From Planctomycetia bacterium (GTDB taxonomy: Bacteria; Planctomycetota; UBA8108; UBA1146): a DNA stretch of 64,000 nucleotides. Positions within the stretch are counted from its first letter, which is position 1; every line of letters starts with the position of its first letter. The position numbers were made by a program, and so were the translations under genes. A model generated the notes under the pieces. That model was not told where the DNA came from. It ran no database searches and saw only the letters and a program-made list of their open reading frames with translations. The stretch lies in contig JAAXJX010000023.1 in the NCBI GenBank assembly GCA_012269595.1, positions 996 through 64,995 of the forward strand, given 5' to 3'. This document shows, one piece after another, positions 9,422-20,016 of the stretch.

Positions 9422-10314
9422 GAAAGAAACTCCAGAGTGATGTTGTCGATCAGGCGCACGTCACCGGCGCGGGCTGCAACGCACACCGCCACATCCCCTG
9501 TGGCTTCCTCTCCCTCAATCGGGGAAAGGTCATTGCGGTCGACCAACTCGAGGTACTCCAGTTCCATACCGGGATCGAGGGCTTCAAAAGCCCCTTCCAC
9601 CAGGGTCTGGACTTTGCGTTCTCCCCCTCGCCATGACGCTTCGATCGCAAACAATGCCTTTGAAAGACTGAGAGCCCTTTGTCGATCCTCGGGTGTCAGT
9701 CGAACGTTTCGGCTCGACAGCGCCAATCCGTCATCCTCCCGCACCAACGGACAGCGGACGATTTCTGTCTCCACATGCAGATCGGCCACCATTCGTTCGA
9801 TAATGGTGACCTGCTGGAGGTCCTTCTCGCCAAAGAAGGCCTTTGTCGGTTGGAACAACTGAAAAAGCTTGAGCACGATGAGGCAGACTCCCCCGAAGTG
9901 ATGGGGTCTGGATTTTCCGCAAAGACGATCGGAAAGTGCAGGCACCTCAACTCTGGTGGCGAATCCGGTCGGATACAGGTCCCGGGAATTACCCAGCCAG
10001 ACCAGATCGACACCTTCCTTCTGCGCCAGTTGGAGATCGGTATCCAGTGTCCTCGGATAGGAGTCCAGATCCTCTCCCGGTGCAAACTGGGTCGGATTGA
10101 CGAAGATGGTCAAGGCCACGACGTCACACTCCCGGCGAGCCTGGCGAATCAGGGACAAATGACCTTCGTGGAGAGCCCCCATTGTCGGAACAAGTCCGAT
10201 GACCTTGTCAGAATCCTGTGATTTTCGCCATTTTCGCAGTTCTGTCACAATGCCGGCAGATGGCGACGGAGTCTTTTCAGATTCTCGCTGATCTGCACCG
10301 ATGATCTGCATCAC
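9418..10314 (-). CDS. panC: Pantoate--beta-alanine ligase
   Basis: VPTMGALHEGH, FVNPTQF, FGEKD, GLALSSRN, RLIDN. Confidence 0.97.
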   Translation of the reverse strand: MMQIIGADQRESEKTPSPSAGIVTELRKWRKSQDSDKVIGLVPTMGALHEGHLSLIRQARRECDVVALTIFVNPTQFAPGEDLDSYPRTLDTDLQLAQKEGVDLVWLGNSRDLYPTGFATRVEVPALSDRLCGKSRPHHFGGVCLIVLKLFQLFQPTKAFFGEKDLQQVTIIERMVADLHVETEIVRCPLVREDDGLALSSRNVRLTPEDRQRALSLSKALFAIEASWRGGERKVQTLVEGAFEALDPGMELEYLELVDRNDLSPIEGEEATGDVAVCVAARAGDVRLIDNITLEFLS

Positions 10315-10790
10315 GCAGTCCCCTTCAGCGAAGAGGGCAAGGCAGCCAACAAGTCCCCTACAGACCGGTCAAGAACCGGTATCACGAAGTCCGGCTCGAG
10401 ATCCGCCCACGGTGCGAGGACGAAACTTCTTTCAGCCAATCTGGGATGGGGGATCGTCAGTTTCGGCTCCGACACCTGCTGATCACCAAAGGTCAGAATA
10501 TCGATATCGATACTCCTTGGCCCCCACTGCTCCATTCTTTCCCGTCCCATTTGCAACTCGATCCCCAGACAGATCTGCAAGGTTTCCAGAGCACCCACGG
10601 AAGATTCACCCCGGATAACCTGATTGAGATATCTTCCCTGCGGAGGACCGACCGGTTCGGTTTCGTGAATGGGAGAACAGCATAGATTTGTGAGGAGTCG
10701 CTCTTCGAGCAACTCCCTCGCCTGCTGCAACAAGCGTTCCCTGTCACCAAGGTTGGAACCCAATGCCAGCCTGACGGGAAAGAGTTTCAT
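10311..10790 (-). CDS. folK: 2-amino-4-hydroxy-6-hydroxymethyldihydropteridine diphosphokinase
   Basis: LALGSNLGDR, WGPRSIDIDIL, IPHPRLAERSFVL. Confidence 0.96.
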   Translation of the reverse strand: MKLFPVRLALGSNLGDRERLLQQARELLEERLLTNLCCSPIHETEPVGPPQGRYLNQVIRGESSVGALETLQICLGIELQMGRERMEQWGPRSIDIDILTFGDQQVSEPKLTIPHPRLAERSFVLAPWADLEPDFVIPVLDRSVGDLLAALPSSLKGTA

Positions 10791-11689
10791 TCCGACTCCG
10801 GATCAGACGCTGCTGGAACGGATGGATTCTCATCTGTTACGGATTTCTTGCGCGAAAAAGGTCTCCACAGAAACGCTAGAATTGGTGAAATTCCATAGAT
10901 CACGAATCCGAGAAGAATCACCGGCTCGGCAAAGAAAACCAGCAAAGTTGCCCCGAAGACCATACTTGTGAAGCGGTCAAAATTCATTCCCCGGCGCATC
11001 AGAACTGTTCCCATGTGGGTGTAGCAGATCCGTTGTGAAACCATCAGGTATCCCAGCACAAAACAGGTCACCGGAAGATAGGAAGTAATCCCCTGATTGA
11101 ACAGGTCGACCCAGACAGGTTTTTCTGCGGCCAACAACTTCAAATCCCATGACTGCCAGTCCCGCAGCCAGAAAAAACAGATGACCAGGCCTGAGACCAC
11201 TCCCGCAGCTCCCGGTGTCGGAAGACCCACGAAGGCTTCGGCTTCATCGGGATCATCCTTCTCCGCCTTGACGGAATTGAAGCGAGCGAGACGAAGCAGG
11301 GCACCCAGGAAATAGGCCAGCGAGAAGAGCCACATCATTTTGCCGAGCGGAGTCACGAAGTCGTTGGCTTCTGAGTGATGGAACATCGCCAGAGCAAGGC
11401 CTGCAGGAGCCAGGCCGAAACTGACCAGATCCGCCAGAGAATCCAGCTGTGCACCCAGAGTGGTTCCACCACCGGTGACGCGGGCTACCTTGCCATCAAA
11501 GACATCGAAGAGCATGCCTGCGAGAATGAACCATGCCGCTTGCTCGAGTCGTTCGAGGGGATCGGACGACCCTCCCTCAAGGCTCCCGGCGATCAGGGTC
11601 AGTGCAATGAAGCCGCAAACGGCATTGCACAAGGTGATCGTATTGGGAATAAAGGCGACTCGCCTCGTTGTCTCATTCGACCCAATCAC
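10787..11689 (-). CDS. pssA: CDP-diacylglycerol--serine O-phosphatidyltransferase
   Basis: PNTIT, DVFDGKVAR, GAQLDSLADLVSFG, LRLARFN, FVGLPTP; follows psd; GTG start estimated. Confidence 0.9.
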   Translation of the reverse strand: MIGSNETTRRVAFIPNTITLCNAVCGFIALTLIAGSLEGGSSDPLERLEQAAWFILAGMLFDVFDGKVARVTGGGTTLGAQLDSLADLVSFGLAPAGLALAMFHHSEANDFVTPLGKMMWLFSLAYFLGALLRLARFNSVKAEKDDPDEAEAFVGLPTPGAAGVVSGLVICFFWLRDWQSWDLKLLAAEKPVWVDLFNQGITSYLPVTCFVLGYLMVSQRICYTHMGTVLMRRGMNFDRFTSMVFGATLLVFFAEPVILLGFVIYGISPILAFLWRPFSRKKSVTDENPSVPAASDPESE

Positions 11690-12401
11690 CCAGCACCGTC
11701 TTTCCACCGTGAACCTTGTCTCCGACTTTGACCGCAGACTTGAAAGCCACTCCATCCCGCGCGGGAATAATGATCTCAGTCTGGGATCCAAATCGAATCA
11801 TGCCAAAATCGAATCCCCTCTTCACAGACTCACCCACTTCCAGAGGGCAAACGATACGTCGGGCGATCAGTCCGGCAATCTGACGCACGAGGATGGGAAC
11901 ACCCGAGGTGCTTCGAAGGCCAATCTCCTGGCGTTCGTTGACCTCCCGGGCCTCTGCTCCCACCGCATTGCGGAATTCACCTGGGATATAACGCAAATGT
12001 TCGATCTCTCCATCCACGGGAATGCGATTCACATGGACATTGAAGACGGACAAAAAGATGTGGATTCTCAGGGCTTGCCCATCGACATAGTTTTCGTCAT
12101 CGACGACGTCGACTCCGATGACCTTGCCATCCGCAGGAGAAATCGGTTGATCCCCTTCCGGAGCAACCCTGCAGGGATTGCGGAAGAAGTTCAGGCAGAA
12201 AAGCCACAAACCGCCGAAGAGTGCCCATCCGCCTGTGCGAATCTGCTCATTCTGCAGGAGAACCAGGGACAGGGATCCGGCGACACAGAAAAATGTGATC
12301 CACGCGATGACTGGGGTGCCATGGCGGGTCAGTCGATTGCCGAACCAACCCCTGGCGGAGCTGCGATTTCCGGATGTGGTTTCGCTCACTTCAGTTTCCA
12401 A
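11673..12401 (-). CDS. psd: Phosphatidylserine decarboxylase proenzyme (short type)
   Basis: FFRNP, SPADG, IFLSVFNVHVNR, QIAGLIARRI, and the RFGS self-cleavage motif. Confidence 0.95.
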   Translation of the reverse strand: METEVSETTSGNRSSARGWFGNRLTRHGTPVIAWITFFCVAGSLSLVLLQNEQIRTGGWALFGGLWLFCLNFFRNPCRVAPEGDQPISPADGKVIGVDVVDDENYVDGQALRIHIFLSVFNVHVNRIPVDGEIEHLRYIPGEFRNAVGAEAREVNERQEIGLRSTSGVPILVRQIAGLIARRIVCPLEVGESVKRGFDFGMIRFGSQTEIIIPARDGVAFKSAVKVGDKVHGGKTVLGDWVE

Positions 12402-12552
12402 TCTAGAAACTCCTGACTGCCCGATCGGTTGACACGTGGGGTCCCGGACAAGGACAATCCACTGCCTCCATCGTGAAGCATCCTGAAGGTGGAGGCAACT
12501 GACCCGAGGAAGTGGGAATCGGCATTTTCCGGCCGCTGGAATGGAAGATCAG

Positions 12553-13821
12553 ATGAGCAATATCGCACAACTTCATGGACGAATGGCCCTGGACAGTCGT
12601 GGATTTCCCACTGTCGAAGCCGAGTGCATTCTTGAGGATGGCAGCCGCGGGGTCGCCCTGGTGCCTTCCGGAGCATCGACCGGAGAAGCAGAAGCGCTCG
12701 AACTCCGTGATGGTGGCAAGGAGTGGGCAGGCAAAGGCGTCGAAAAAGCGCTCGGTCACCTGCGCGGTGAAATCTGCGAATTGCTGAGTGGCCAGGATGC
12801 CCGTGATCAGGAGGGAATCGACCGCCGACTTTGTGAAGCGGACGGTACCGAGAACAAGGCCCGACTCGGAGCCAACTCCATTCTCGCAGCATCGATGGCG
12901 GTCTGCAGGGCCGCCGCCCAAAGTTGTCAGTTGCCCCTCTACCGTTACATCGGTGGTCCATCATCCGTACGCCTGCCGATTCCCCTGCTCAATGTGGTGA
13001 ACGGCGGAGCGCATGCCGATAACTCCGTCGATGTTCAGGAATTCATGCTCGCCCCCACCGGCTTCAAGGACTTCACCTCCGCCCTGAGAGCCGGAGTCGA
13101 GGTCTACCACATTCTGAAGAAGAGATTGAAAGGGGCAGGACTCGTCACAGCGGTCGGTGACGAGGGCGGATTCGCACCCGACTTTGACAGTGACGTGAGG
13201 GTGCTGGAAGAATTGAGTGCAGCCATTCACGAAGCAGGCTACACCCTGGGCCATGATGGTGATTTCACCTTCGCACTCGATGTCGCTGCCAGTGAACTGT
13301 GTCAGGGAGGCAGCTACAGCATGGGAGGATCGGGTGAATCCCTGACCTCCTCCCAAATGGTCGACCATTGGGTTCAACTGGCGAGCCAGTTCCCTTTTAC
13401 CAGTATCGAGGACGGGCTCGATGAAGAGGACTGGTCCGGCTGGAGCCAATTGACCGCTGCTCTTCCGCAGATCCGCATGGTGGGAGACGACCTGTTTGCA
13501 ACCGACCCCAAGCGGATCCACCGTGGGGTCACAGAGGGTGCTGGCAGTGCTCTGCTTGTCAAACTGAATCAGATCGGAACCGTCTCGGAAACTCTGCAGG
13601 CCATCGATATTGCCTCCGAGGCTGGCTTCCGGATCATCGTTTCCCATCGCTCCGGGGAGACCGAGGACGACTTCATTGCCGATCTCGCTGTGGCCACCGG
13701 CGCCGGATGGATCAAGACCGGGGCTCCTTGCCGATCGGAGCGAAATGCCAAATACAACCGGCTCCTGAGGATTGAAGAAGAGCTCGGTTCCTCGGCAGTT
13801 CTGGGACCCTTGAAGTTTTGA
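12553..13821 (+). CDS. eno: Enolase
   Basis: DSRGFPTVE, VPSGASTG, VGDEGGFAP, SHRSGETED, RSERNAKYN. Confidence 0.98.
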   Translation: MSNIAQLHGRMALDSRGFPTVEAECILEDGSRGVALVPSGASTGEAEALELRDGGKEWAGKGVEKALGHLRGEICELLSGQDARDQEGIDRRLCEADGTENKARLGANSILAASMAVCRAAAQSCQLPLYRYIGGPSSVRLPIPLLNVVNGGAHADNSVDVQEFMLAPTGFKDFTSALRAGVEVYHILKKRLKGAGLVTAVGDEGGFAPDFDSDVRVLEELSAAIHEAGYTLGHDGDFTFALDVAASELCQGGSYSMGGSGESLTSSQMVDHWVQLASQFPFTSIEDGLDEEDWSGWSQLTAALPQIRMVGDDLFATDPKRIHRGVTEGAGSALLVKLNQIGTVSETLQAIDIASEAGFRIIVSHRSGETEDDFIADLAVATGAGWIKTGAPCRSERNAKYNRLLRIEEELGSSAVLGPLKF

Positions 13822-13890
13822 GCCAATCCTGATCTACTGCGGCTGTCGGATTCGTCCGCCTGCCCATGCAGAGTAAGGAGCTCGGAGCTT

Positions 13891-14265
13891 TTGTTCGCAA
13901 CGATCACTGCCCGCATACACGCTGTTACAGTACCTTTGATTCGATGGGCTTCTTCACCACTGAAGAATCTGGGGTTCAACACCCTGCAGATACAACTCAC
14001 CTGCATCGGTTTGTCTCTGGTTTTTTTTCACCAGATTGCCGCTCCCCGAATTGACCAGATGAATCAATTGAGAAATCAGGTTGAAGAGATCAGCAGTGAT
14101 ATCCAGGTACAGGAACTGAGCAATGAGCAACTTGCTGAGTGGAATCGCCTGCTGGAAGAGGATCCCCACTTCCGTATGGTGCAGCACCGAAAACTGACCG
14201 GTTTCAGGGAATTCGAACAGTACACCCTCGAAGAGTTCCTTCAGAGTCAGGCACCTCAATCCTGA
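13891..14265 (+). CDS. FtsB/DivIC-like septum formation initiator family protein
   Basis: One TM segment, then a coiled coil ending LEEDP; sits directly after eno, where ftsB commonly lies. Confidence 0.6.
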   Translation: MFATITARIHAVTVPLIRWASSPLKNLGFNTLQIQLTCIGLSLVFFHQIAAPRIDQMNQLRNQVEEISSDIQVQELSNEQLAEWNRLLEEDPHFRMVQHRKLTGFREFEQYTLEEFLQSQAPQS

Positions 14266-14337
14266 CACTGAAGGTCACCTCGTGACCTGATCTCCAACAT
14301 AGGCGTGATTCACGTTCAAAGTTCAGACCTGGTACAG

Positions 14338-14375
14338 AAAAAGGCAGGCCCACAGTTTGTGGAACTGCGGGCCTG
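14338..14375 (-). terminator. Probable intrinsic terminator between the convergent ftsB-like and LysM genes
   Basis: CAGGCCCACAGTT...AACTGCGGGCCTG hairpin with an A-run on the left (U-tail on minus). Confidence 0.6.
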
Positions 14376-14405
14376 AGGGATGACTATGTTGAATCGGTCG
14401 TTCGA

Positions 14406-15287
14406 TCACTGCTTCGGCAACTGGATCACCTTGCCGATACTCAGGACCTGAAGGTTGACCCCGGGATTGGCGCTCTCAATTTCTTTCCAGCGCGTTCCGT
14501 CTCCCAACTGGTCACTGGCAATTCTCCAAAGCGAATCACCATCCTGAATCTGGTAACTGCGGCCACTGCGCGCCACAGCGGGTGCAGCTGTGGTGACAAC
14601 ACTCTTCTTTGCCACTCCCGACGGAATCTTCAGAACGAGACCGGCGGAAAGAACCGTATCCTCTGTCAGGCCCTTGTTCGCCTCGATGATTCTCTTGTAG
14701 GCGATACCCGAACCAAGGTGACGCTCAGCGAGCCTCCAGAGACTGTCCCCTTCTTCCACGACCACTTTGTTGAACTCTCTCTTGGGAGCCACCGGGCGGG
14801 GAGGGATCGCCGTGTTTCTGCGAGCCGCTTCATTACGTTTAACTGAAGAGACATTTCTCTGGGAAGTTTGCTGTTCCACAGGGTCGTTGCTCAAGACTCC
14901 AGTGGTTCGTTGGATATCCACACTTTCGAGACGAGCCGTCGCTCGGCGAGGTTGTCCGGAAATTGGTGGATTGCCCAGGTTGGATTCCGTAACTGCAACC
15001 TTGTTCCCGGAAGGAGTGAGCGGAGTCTTTTGATTTCTGACAGGACGCTGCAACCTCCCGGTTGAAGTCCCCGCCACAGATCGGGTGGACTCCTTAGTCA
15101 CCGCAGGAACAGATTTGGTCTTGCCGATGCCGTTGGAAGTTGCGTTGGAAGTAGATCTTCCAGTGACCTGCTCTGCGCCGCTCGGACCATCCTGAACCTT
15201 GTTATCCAAGAGGTTCGCGATAACGATCACAACGAGGATCGATATCAGAATGAAGCCGATTTTTGTGCCTGTACCCATGCCACTCAT
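14406..15287 (-). CDS. Membrane-anchored protein with two LysM domains
   Basis: N-terminal TM, low-complexity linker, VEEGDSLWRLAERHLG and IQDGDSLWRIASDQLG. Confidence 0.9.
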   Translation of the reverse strand: MSGMGTGTKIGFILISILVVIVIANLLDNKVQDGPSGAEQVTGRSTSNATSNGIGKTKSVPAVTKESTRSVAGTSTGRLQRPVRNQKTPLTPSGNKVAVTESNLGNPPISGQPRRATARLESVDIQRTTGVLSNDPVEQQTSQRNVSSVKRNEAARRNTAIPPRPVAPKREFNKVVVEEGDSLWRLAERHLGSGIAYKRIIEANKGLTEDTVLSAGLVLKIPSGVAKKSVVTTAAPAVARSGRSYQIQDGDSLWRIASDQLGDGTRWKEIESANPGVNLQVLSIGKVIQLPKQ

Positions 15288-15500
15288 GGTGTGTTCCCCC
15301 TGTTCCCGAATCGTCCTTCCAGAGTAAAGGTCCCCCGACCTGTTGGATCACTCTGGTGAGCGGATTCTCGTCCAGCTCGAAGTTAGATTGGGCGAGCTGA
15401 ATGCCGTTGCCGGAGGATAACCCGGAAAAAATCGTGAATCCACGACCCGTTACCGGATTTACAAGGGATTTACGAGGTTTGACTCCACTTTTAACCCGGC

Positions 15501-15538
15501 AAAAAAACAGGCCCGTACCCCGAAAGGGTACGGGCCTG
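15501..15538 (-). terminator. Rho-independent terminator after secDF
   Basis: Perfect 13-bp stem CAGGCCCGTACCC/GGGTACGGGCCTG followed by T7 on minus. Confidence 0.9.
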
Positions 15539-15563
15539 AAACGACTCCGCTGAAAGTGCGAAA

Positions 15564-18299
15564 TCAGGCCTTTTTGGCCAATGCGGTCTCCACACGGGCT
15601 TTTTCGATTCTTCGACGTGCCGCTTCCTGAAGTCGGATCAGGGTCGGACTGGCGACGAAAATCGAGGAGTAGGTACCGATGAGGACACCGACGCAGAGGG
15701 CAAAGGCGAAGGAGTGCAGTGCTTCGCCACCGAAGACGAGCAGGATCACGACCACGACAAAGGTGGTCAGTGAGGTCAGAATCGTGCGGCTCAAAGTCTG
15801 GTTGATCGACTTGTTGACCAGTTCGACGTAGTCCGCATCCCGCCTTGCATCGCGAAGATTTTCACGAATCCTGTCGAAGATAACGATGGTGTCGTTCAAG
15901 GAATATCCCACCACCGTCAACAATGCGGCGACCACCGGCAGGTTGATCTTCAGGGAGAGTGCATCTCCCAAAAGGAAATCTCCCAGGGCCAATGCACCGA
16001 GGGTGAAGCAGATATCGTGAACCAGCGCCGTAATCGCGGCGGCACCGTAACTGAACTCGAAGCGGATACTGATGTAGAAAACGATCGCCAGGAAACTGAT
16101 CATCAATGCGATGATGGTATTCCCCTGCATGTCCTTCGCAACTCGGCCACTGATACTGCTGACTTCCGGGAAGGGCTCCGAGAAATCGAGTCCATCGACA
16201 TTCTTCAGTGCCAGACTCAACTGGGACTGCAATGCCAAAGCCGCTGCCTGATCCAGTTGCGGTGCACTGACCAGTTCGAAGGAAACGATGCCGGCTGATT
16301 CTCCGGGTCCCCCACTGATCTCGCGAATCTCTTCCACCGGGAACTCGGTTGCAAGCAGGCGATCCTTGACAGAACTGCTGGTCACTCCGACGTCTTCAGT
16401 GGTGCCAAGACCCTTGATGACGTGAACGTTGGCATTGAAGAGGTAGGTGCTGATCCCATCCTGGACATTGTCGGTGATCTTCACATCTGTGACCGCGTTG
16501 GGAGCCAGAATGTTGGCTCCACCAATCACACTCTCCAGTTGTGACTTGAACTGCTCCGTCTGCTTTTCCCCTTCGATCAGGGTACTCGTACGGATCGAAT
16601 AGCGGGCAGCCCCTGCCTCGCTGAGTTCACCCACAGCCTGCAACTGGAGATCCGCATACTCGAAGGCATTCGGATCCGCTGCGACACCGTCGGTGATGAT
16701 CTTGCGAATCTCCGATTCCTGGGTCGGCTGGGAAAGATTGACCGTCAGGCGGGTTCCACCGGTGAAGTCGATACCGAGGGCATCAGAACCACGCCAGCCG
16801 AGAACACCGATACCACCGACCACGAAGACCCAGAAAAGAACCCGGGTCGCCTCACGCAACTCCATGAAGTTGATATTCGGCTTCTGAATGATTCGACCCA
16901 TGCTCAGGTCATTGATAATTCCCTTCGAGATCAGGAAGGAAAGAACCATTCGACTGAAGAAAACGGTCGAGAAGAAGGAGGTCAGGATTCCGATACTGAG
17001 CACAACGGCGAAGCCCTTGACCGCACCGGTTCCGAACTGGAACAGCACGAAAGCGGTGATCAGCGTCGTCAGGTTGGCATCGAAGATGGTCCAGAAAGCT
17101 TTCTGGAAACCTACTGAGAAGGCAGCAGGCAATGCCTTGCCCCGATCCCTCTCCTCACGGATTCGTTCGAAGATCAGAATGTTGGCATCGACCGCCATAC
17201 CCACCGTCAACAACAGGCCTGCCATTCCCGGGAAGGTCAGGGTGTTGCGGAAGACGATCAGCAGGGTGACCACCAGCATCAGGTTCATGACAAGGGACAG
17301 ATCTGCGACGATTCCCGCCGCCCTGTAGTAGAGCAGCATGAAGATGGCCACCAGCATCAATCCGAAGATCATCGCCTGGGTTCCACGATCTACCGACTCT
17401 TTACCGAGCAGCGCTCCCACCGTCTGCTGATTGACCAGGAACGGTTTCGCAGGCAGTGAACCGGCTCTCAGGATGGAGACCAGATCGTTGACTTCATCGT
17501 TGGTAAAGTTGCCCTCGAGGATTCCGTTACGGGAGATCCGCGCATTGATGGTTGCGATACTGCTCGCCTTGCCATCGAGGACGATGGCCATGCTGCGATT
17601 GATGTTCTCGCCGGTCATGTCGGCGAAAAGGGTCGCTCCCATTCCACCAAACTCGAATCCCACCGCAGGCTGTCCCGTTTCATTGGTGGTCGGGAAGCTG
17701 TTGCTCAGAAGTGAGGCACTGACCAGATTCGGAGCACGGTTTTCCACCACCACCTTGCCGGCGGTCAGGGTGTCATCGGCACTGGGACGCTCGACCACAA
17801 TCTGACGCGGGGATTCGGGAGCCGTTTGTGAACCACGTTCCGCATCGGACATGTTGTTGAAGGCGATGAGAGCCTGCTCATACTGAACCGTTTCCGCCTC
17901 GATACGGGCGATATTGGCTTCAGTCTGCTCCGAATCGGGTGCCACGAGCTGGAAGTTCAGCTCACCGGCACGCTCGATCTGCCCCTTCAACCGCTCCAGT
18001 TCGTCATTGTCAGATCCCGGCAACTGAATCAGCAGTCGGTTGCGGCCAGAGATGGCCACACTGATCTCTTTCAGGCCGTAGTTGTCGAAACGGCGTGAAA
18101 TGACGTCCTTGATGTCTGCAGCCACGGTCGATCTCTGACTGGGATCGATCTGGTCAAGAGGAATCTCGTAGAGCAGCTCGGTGCCGCCCTCAAGGTCGAT
18201 GCCCTTCTTGATGTCGTTCTGGTAGTCCTGAAGGGCCCAAACACAGGCTGCAATGAGGAGGGCGATAAAAACAAATCCCCTACCGAAATTCTGCATCAT
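15564..18299 (-). CDS. secDF: Protein translocase subunit SecDF (fused)
   Basis: GIDLEGG, GMAVDANILIFERIREE, GIDFTGG, GYSLNDTIVIFDRIREN. Confidence 0.97.
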   Translation of the reverse strand: MMQNFGRGFVFIALLIAACVWALQDYQNDIKKGIDLEGGTELLYEIPLDQIDPSQRSTVAADIKDVISRRFDNYGLKEISVAISGRNRLLIQLPGSDNDELERLKGQIERAGELNFQLVAPDSEQTEANIARIEAETVQYEQALIAFNNMSDAERGSQTAPESPRQIVVERPSADDTLTAGKVVVENRAPNLVSASLLSNSFPTTNETGQPAVGFEFGGMGATLFADMTGENINRSMAIVLDGKASSIATINARISRNGILEGNFTNDEVNDLVSILRAGSLPAKPFLVNQQTVGALLGKESVDRGTQAMIFGLMLVAIFMLLYYRAAGIVADLSLVMNLMLVVTLLIVFRNTLTFPGMAGLLLTVGMAVDANILIFERIREERDRGKALPAAFSVGFQKAFWTIFDANLTTLITAFVLFQFGTGAVKGFAVVLSIGILTSFFSTVFFSRMVLSFLISKGIINDLSMGRIIQKPNINFMELREATRVLFWVFVVGGIGVLGWRGSDALGIDFTGGTRLTVNLSQPTQESEIRKIITDGVAADPNAFEYADLQLQAVGELSEAGAARYSIRTSTLIEGEKQTEQFKSQLESVIGGANILAPNAVTDVKITDNVQDGISTYLFNANVHVIKGLGTTEDVGVTSSSVKDRLLATEFPVEEIREISGGPGESAGIVSFELVSAPQLDQAAALALQSQLSLALKNVDGLDFSEPFPEVSSISGRVAKDMQGNTIIALMISFLAIVFYISIRFEFSYGAAAITALVHDICFTLGALALGDFLLGDALSLKINLPVVAALLTVVGYSLNDTIVIFDRIRENLRDARRDADYVELVNKSINQTLSRTILTSLTTFVVVVILLVFGGEALHSFAFALCVGVLIGTYSSIFVASPTLIRLQEAARRRIEKARVETALAKKA

Positions 18300-18697
18300 T
18301 TTGTGACTTCCTCTTCCTGAATGCTGGAAGGCGTATCCTTGTTTTCTGAGGCACTGCTGACCGTCGACACAGAGGTCAAGGCGACCTTCATGCGAACTCC
18401 CTTGGACTCGTCGATCACCAGCACCACATGCCCATGATCCCGATCCACCAATGCCACTTTGCCGATGATTCCACCGGCTGTTCTGACTTCATCATGTTTG
18501 GACAACCCTGCGATCAGGTTGTCGTGCTCTTGCATCTGCTTTCTCTGGGGTCGGATGACCATGAGGTACATCACGAAGAAGATGATTCCCATCAGTGGGA
18601 GAAAATCCAAAAACCCCGGAGGCTGGGGAGCACTTCCCCCAGCAGCAGCGGCCCAGAAAATCAGGGCATCAAAGATTCCATTTACAAACGTTGTCAT
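18296..18697 (-). CDS. yajC: Preprotein translocase subunit YajC
   Basis: YLMVIRPQRKQ, DEVRTAGGIIG; between tgt and secDF. Confidence 0.95.
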   Translation of the reverse strand: MTTFVNGIFDALIFWAAAAGGSAPQPPGFLDFLPLMGIIFFVMYLMVIRPQRKQMQEHDNLIAGLSKHDEVRTAGGIIGKVALVDRDHGHVVLVIDESKGVRMKVALTSVSTVSSASENKDTPSSIQEEEVTK

Positions 18698-18849
18698 CGG
18701 TCATCCTGCTCCCTGACACGCCGATTCAATTCCATCCCACCCGGGAGGGGCTGAAGTCGACGTGGATGGGGCCCTTTCTTACGGCCGGTAATACCGCAAG
18801 GTGTGCCCATCAGCCAAGTTGCGGATCTTAGTCCGATGGCCCTCGGGAT

Positions 18850-20016
18850 TCAACCGGACCGGGAGGATAATGCACCCAGGAACTGGTCCCTGAATCGGCT
18901 CCAATCGCCGGATATGATCGCTTTACGGGCCTTTTCAAGAAAGCGATGAAAGACCCGAATGTTGTGCAGGGAACCCAGTGTGTAGGCGAGAATCTCTTTG
19001 CGCTGGTACAGATGGTGCAGGGTGCCACGGCTGTATTTCTGGCAGGCGTAGCAATCGCACCCCTCCTCAATAGGGCCCGCATCCTGTTTGTGGCGGGCAT
19101 TTTTCATGTTGAGACTGCTTCCATCACTCAGGAACAGGCTCGCGTTGCGGGCATTTCGGGTCGGGATGACACAGTCGAACATGTCGATCCCCTGATCGAC
19201 AGCAACGACGAATTCCTCCAGTCCCCCCACCCCCATCAGATAACGGGGCCGATCGAATGGAAGCATCGGCGCACTGACCCCGATGGTCGACAGCAGAGCA
19301 TCTCTGCCCTCACCGACACTCACCCCACCGACGGCGTAGGCATCAAAAGGCAACTCCAGAAGTTGCTGTGCCGATTCCCGACGCAGATCTTCGTGGGTTC
19401 CCCCCTGCATGATTCCAAAAACGGCCATCGGTTCAAACAACTCGAGTCGCTGGCGATGTTCATGGGCACGCAAGGCCCAGCGATGAGTTCTCACCACTGC
19501 CTTCGCAACCTCGTCTTTCGAAACTCCGCCTGCGGGACATTCATCGAGAATCATGGCGATGGTCGAACCGAGTCGCGCCTGAATGTCGAGAACCGATTCG
19601 GGGGTGAGCAACAAAGGACTGCCATCGATGTGGTTGCGGAACTCGACTCCCTGCTCACTGATTCGGTTGCGATGACCGAGGGAGAAAACCTGGAACCCTC
19701 CGGAGTCTGTCAGAATCGGTCGATCCCAACCCATCACCTGATGCAACCCACCCAATTTTCTGACCGTATCCACTCCGGGCCTTACCGCGAGATGGTAGGT
19801 GTTGGAGAGGATGATCTGTGTTCCACAATCGGTGAGCTGATCCGGTGTCACTCCCTTGACCGTCGCCTGGGTTCCCACCGGCATGAAGACCGGAGTCTGG
19901 ATATCCCCCCGCGGAGTCGTCAGCAGACCGGCGCGGGCAGAACCACACGAGGCCTCGACACTGAAGGCGAAGCCCGCCGTCATCGGGTGACGGGCCATTA
20001 CTTCCGAATTCACCAC
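18850..20016 (-). CDS. tgt: tRNA-guanine transglycosylase
   Basis: TPVFMPVGT, TDSGGFQVFSL, DMFDCVIPTRNAR, CDCYAC zinc site; start may be ATG 19983. Confidence 0.97.
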   Translation of the reverse strand: MVNSEVMARHPMTAGFAFSVEASCGSARAGLLTTPRGDIQTPVFMPVGTQATVKGVTPDQLTDCGTQIILSNTYHLAVRPGVDTVRKLGGLHQVMGWDRPILTDSGGFQVFSLGHRNRISEQGVEFRNHIDGSPLLLTPESVLDIQARLGSTIAMILDECPAGGVSKDEVAKAVVRTHRWALRAHEHRQRLELFEPMAVFGIMQGGTHEDLRRESAQQLLELPFDAYAVGGVSVGEGRDALLSTIGVSAPMLPFDRPRYLMGVGGLEEFVVAVDQGIDMFDCVIPTRNARNASLFLSDGSSLNMKNARHKQDAGPIEEGCDCYACQKYSRGTLHHLYQRKEILAYTLGSLHNIRVFHRFLEKARKAIISGDWSRFRDQFLGALSSRSG

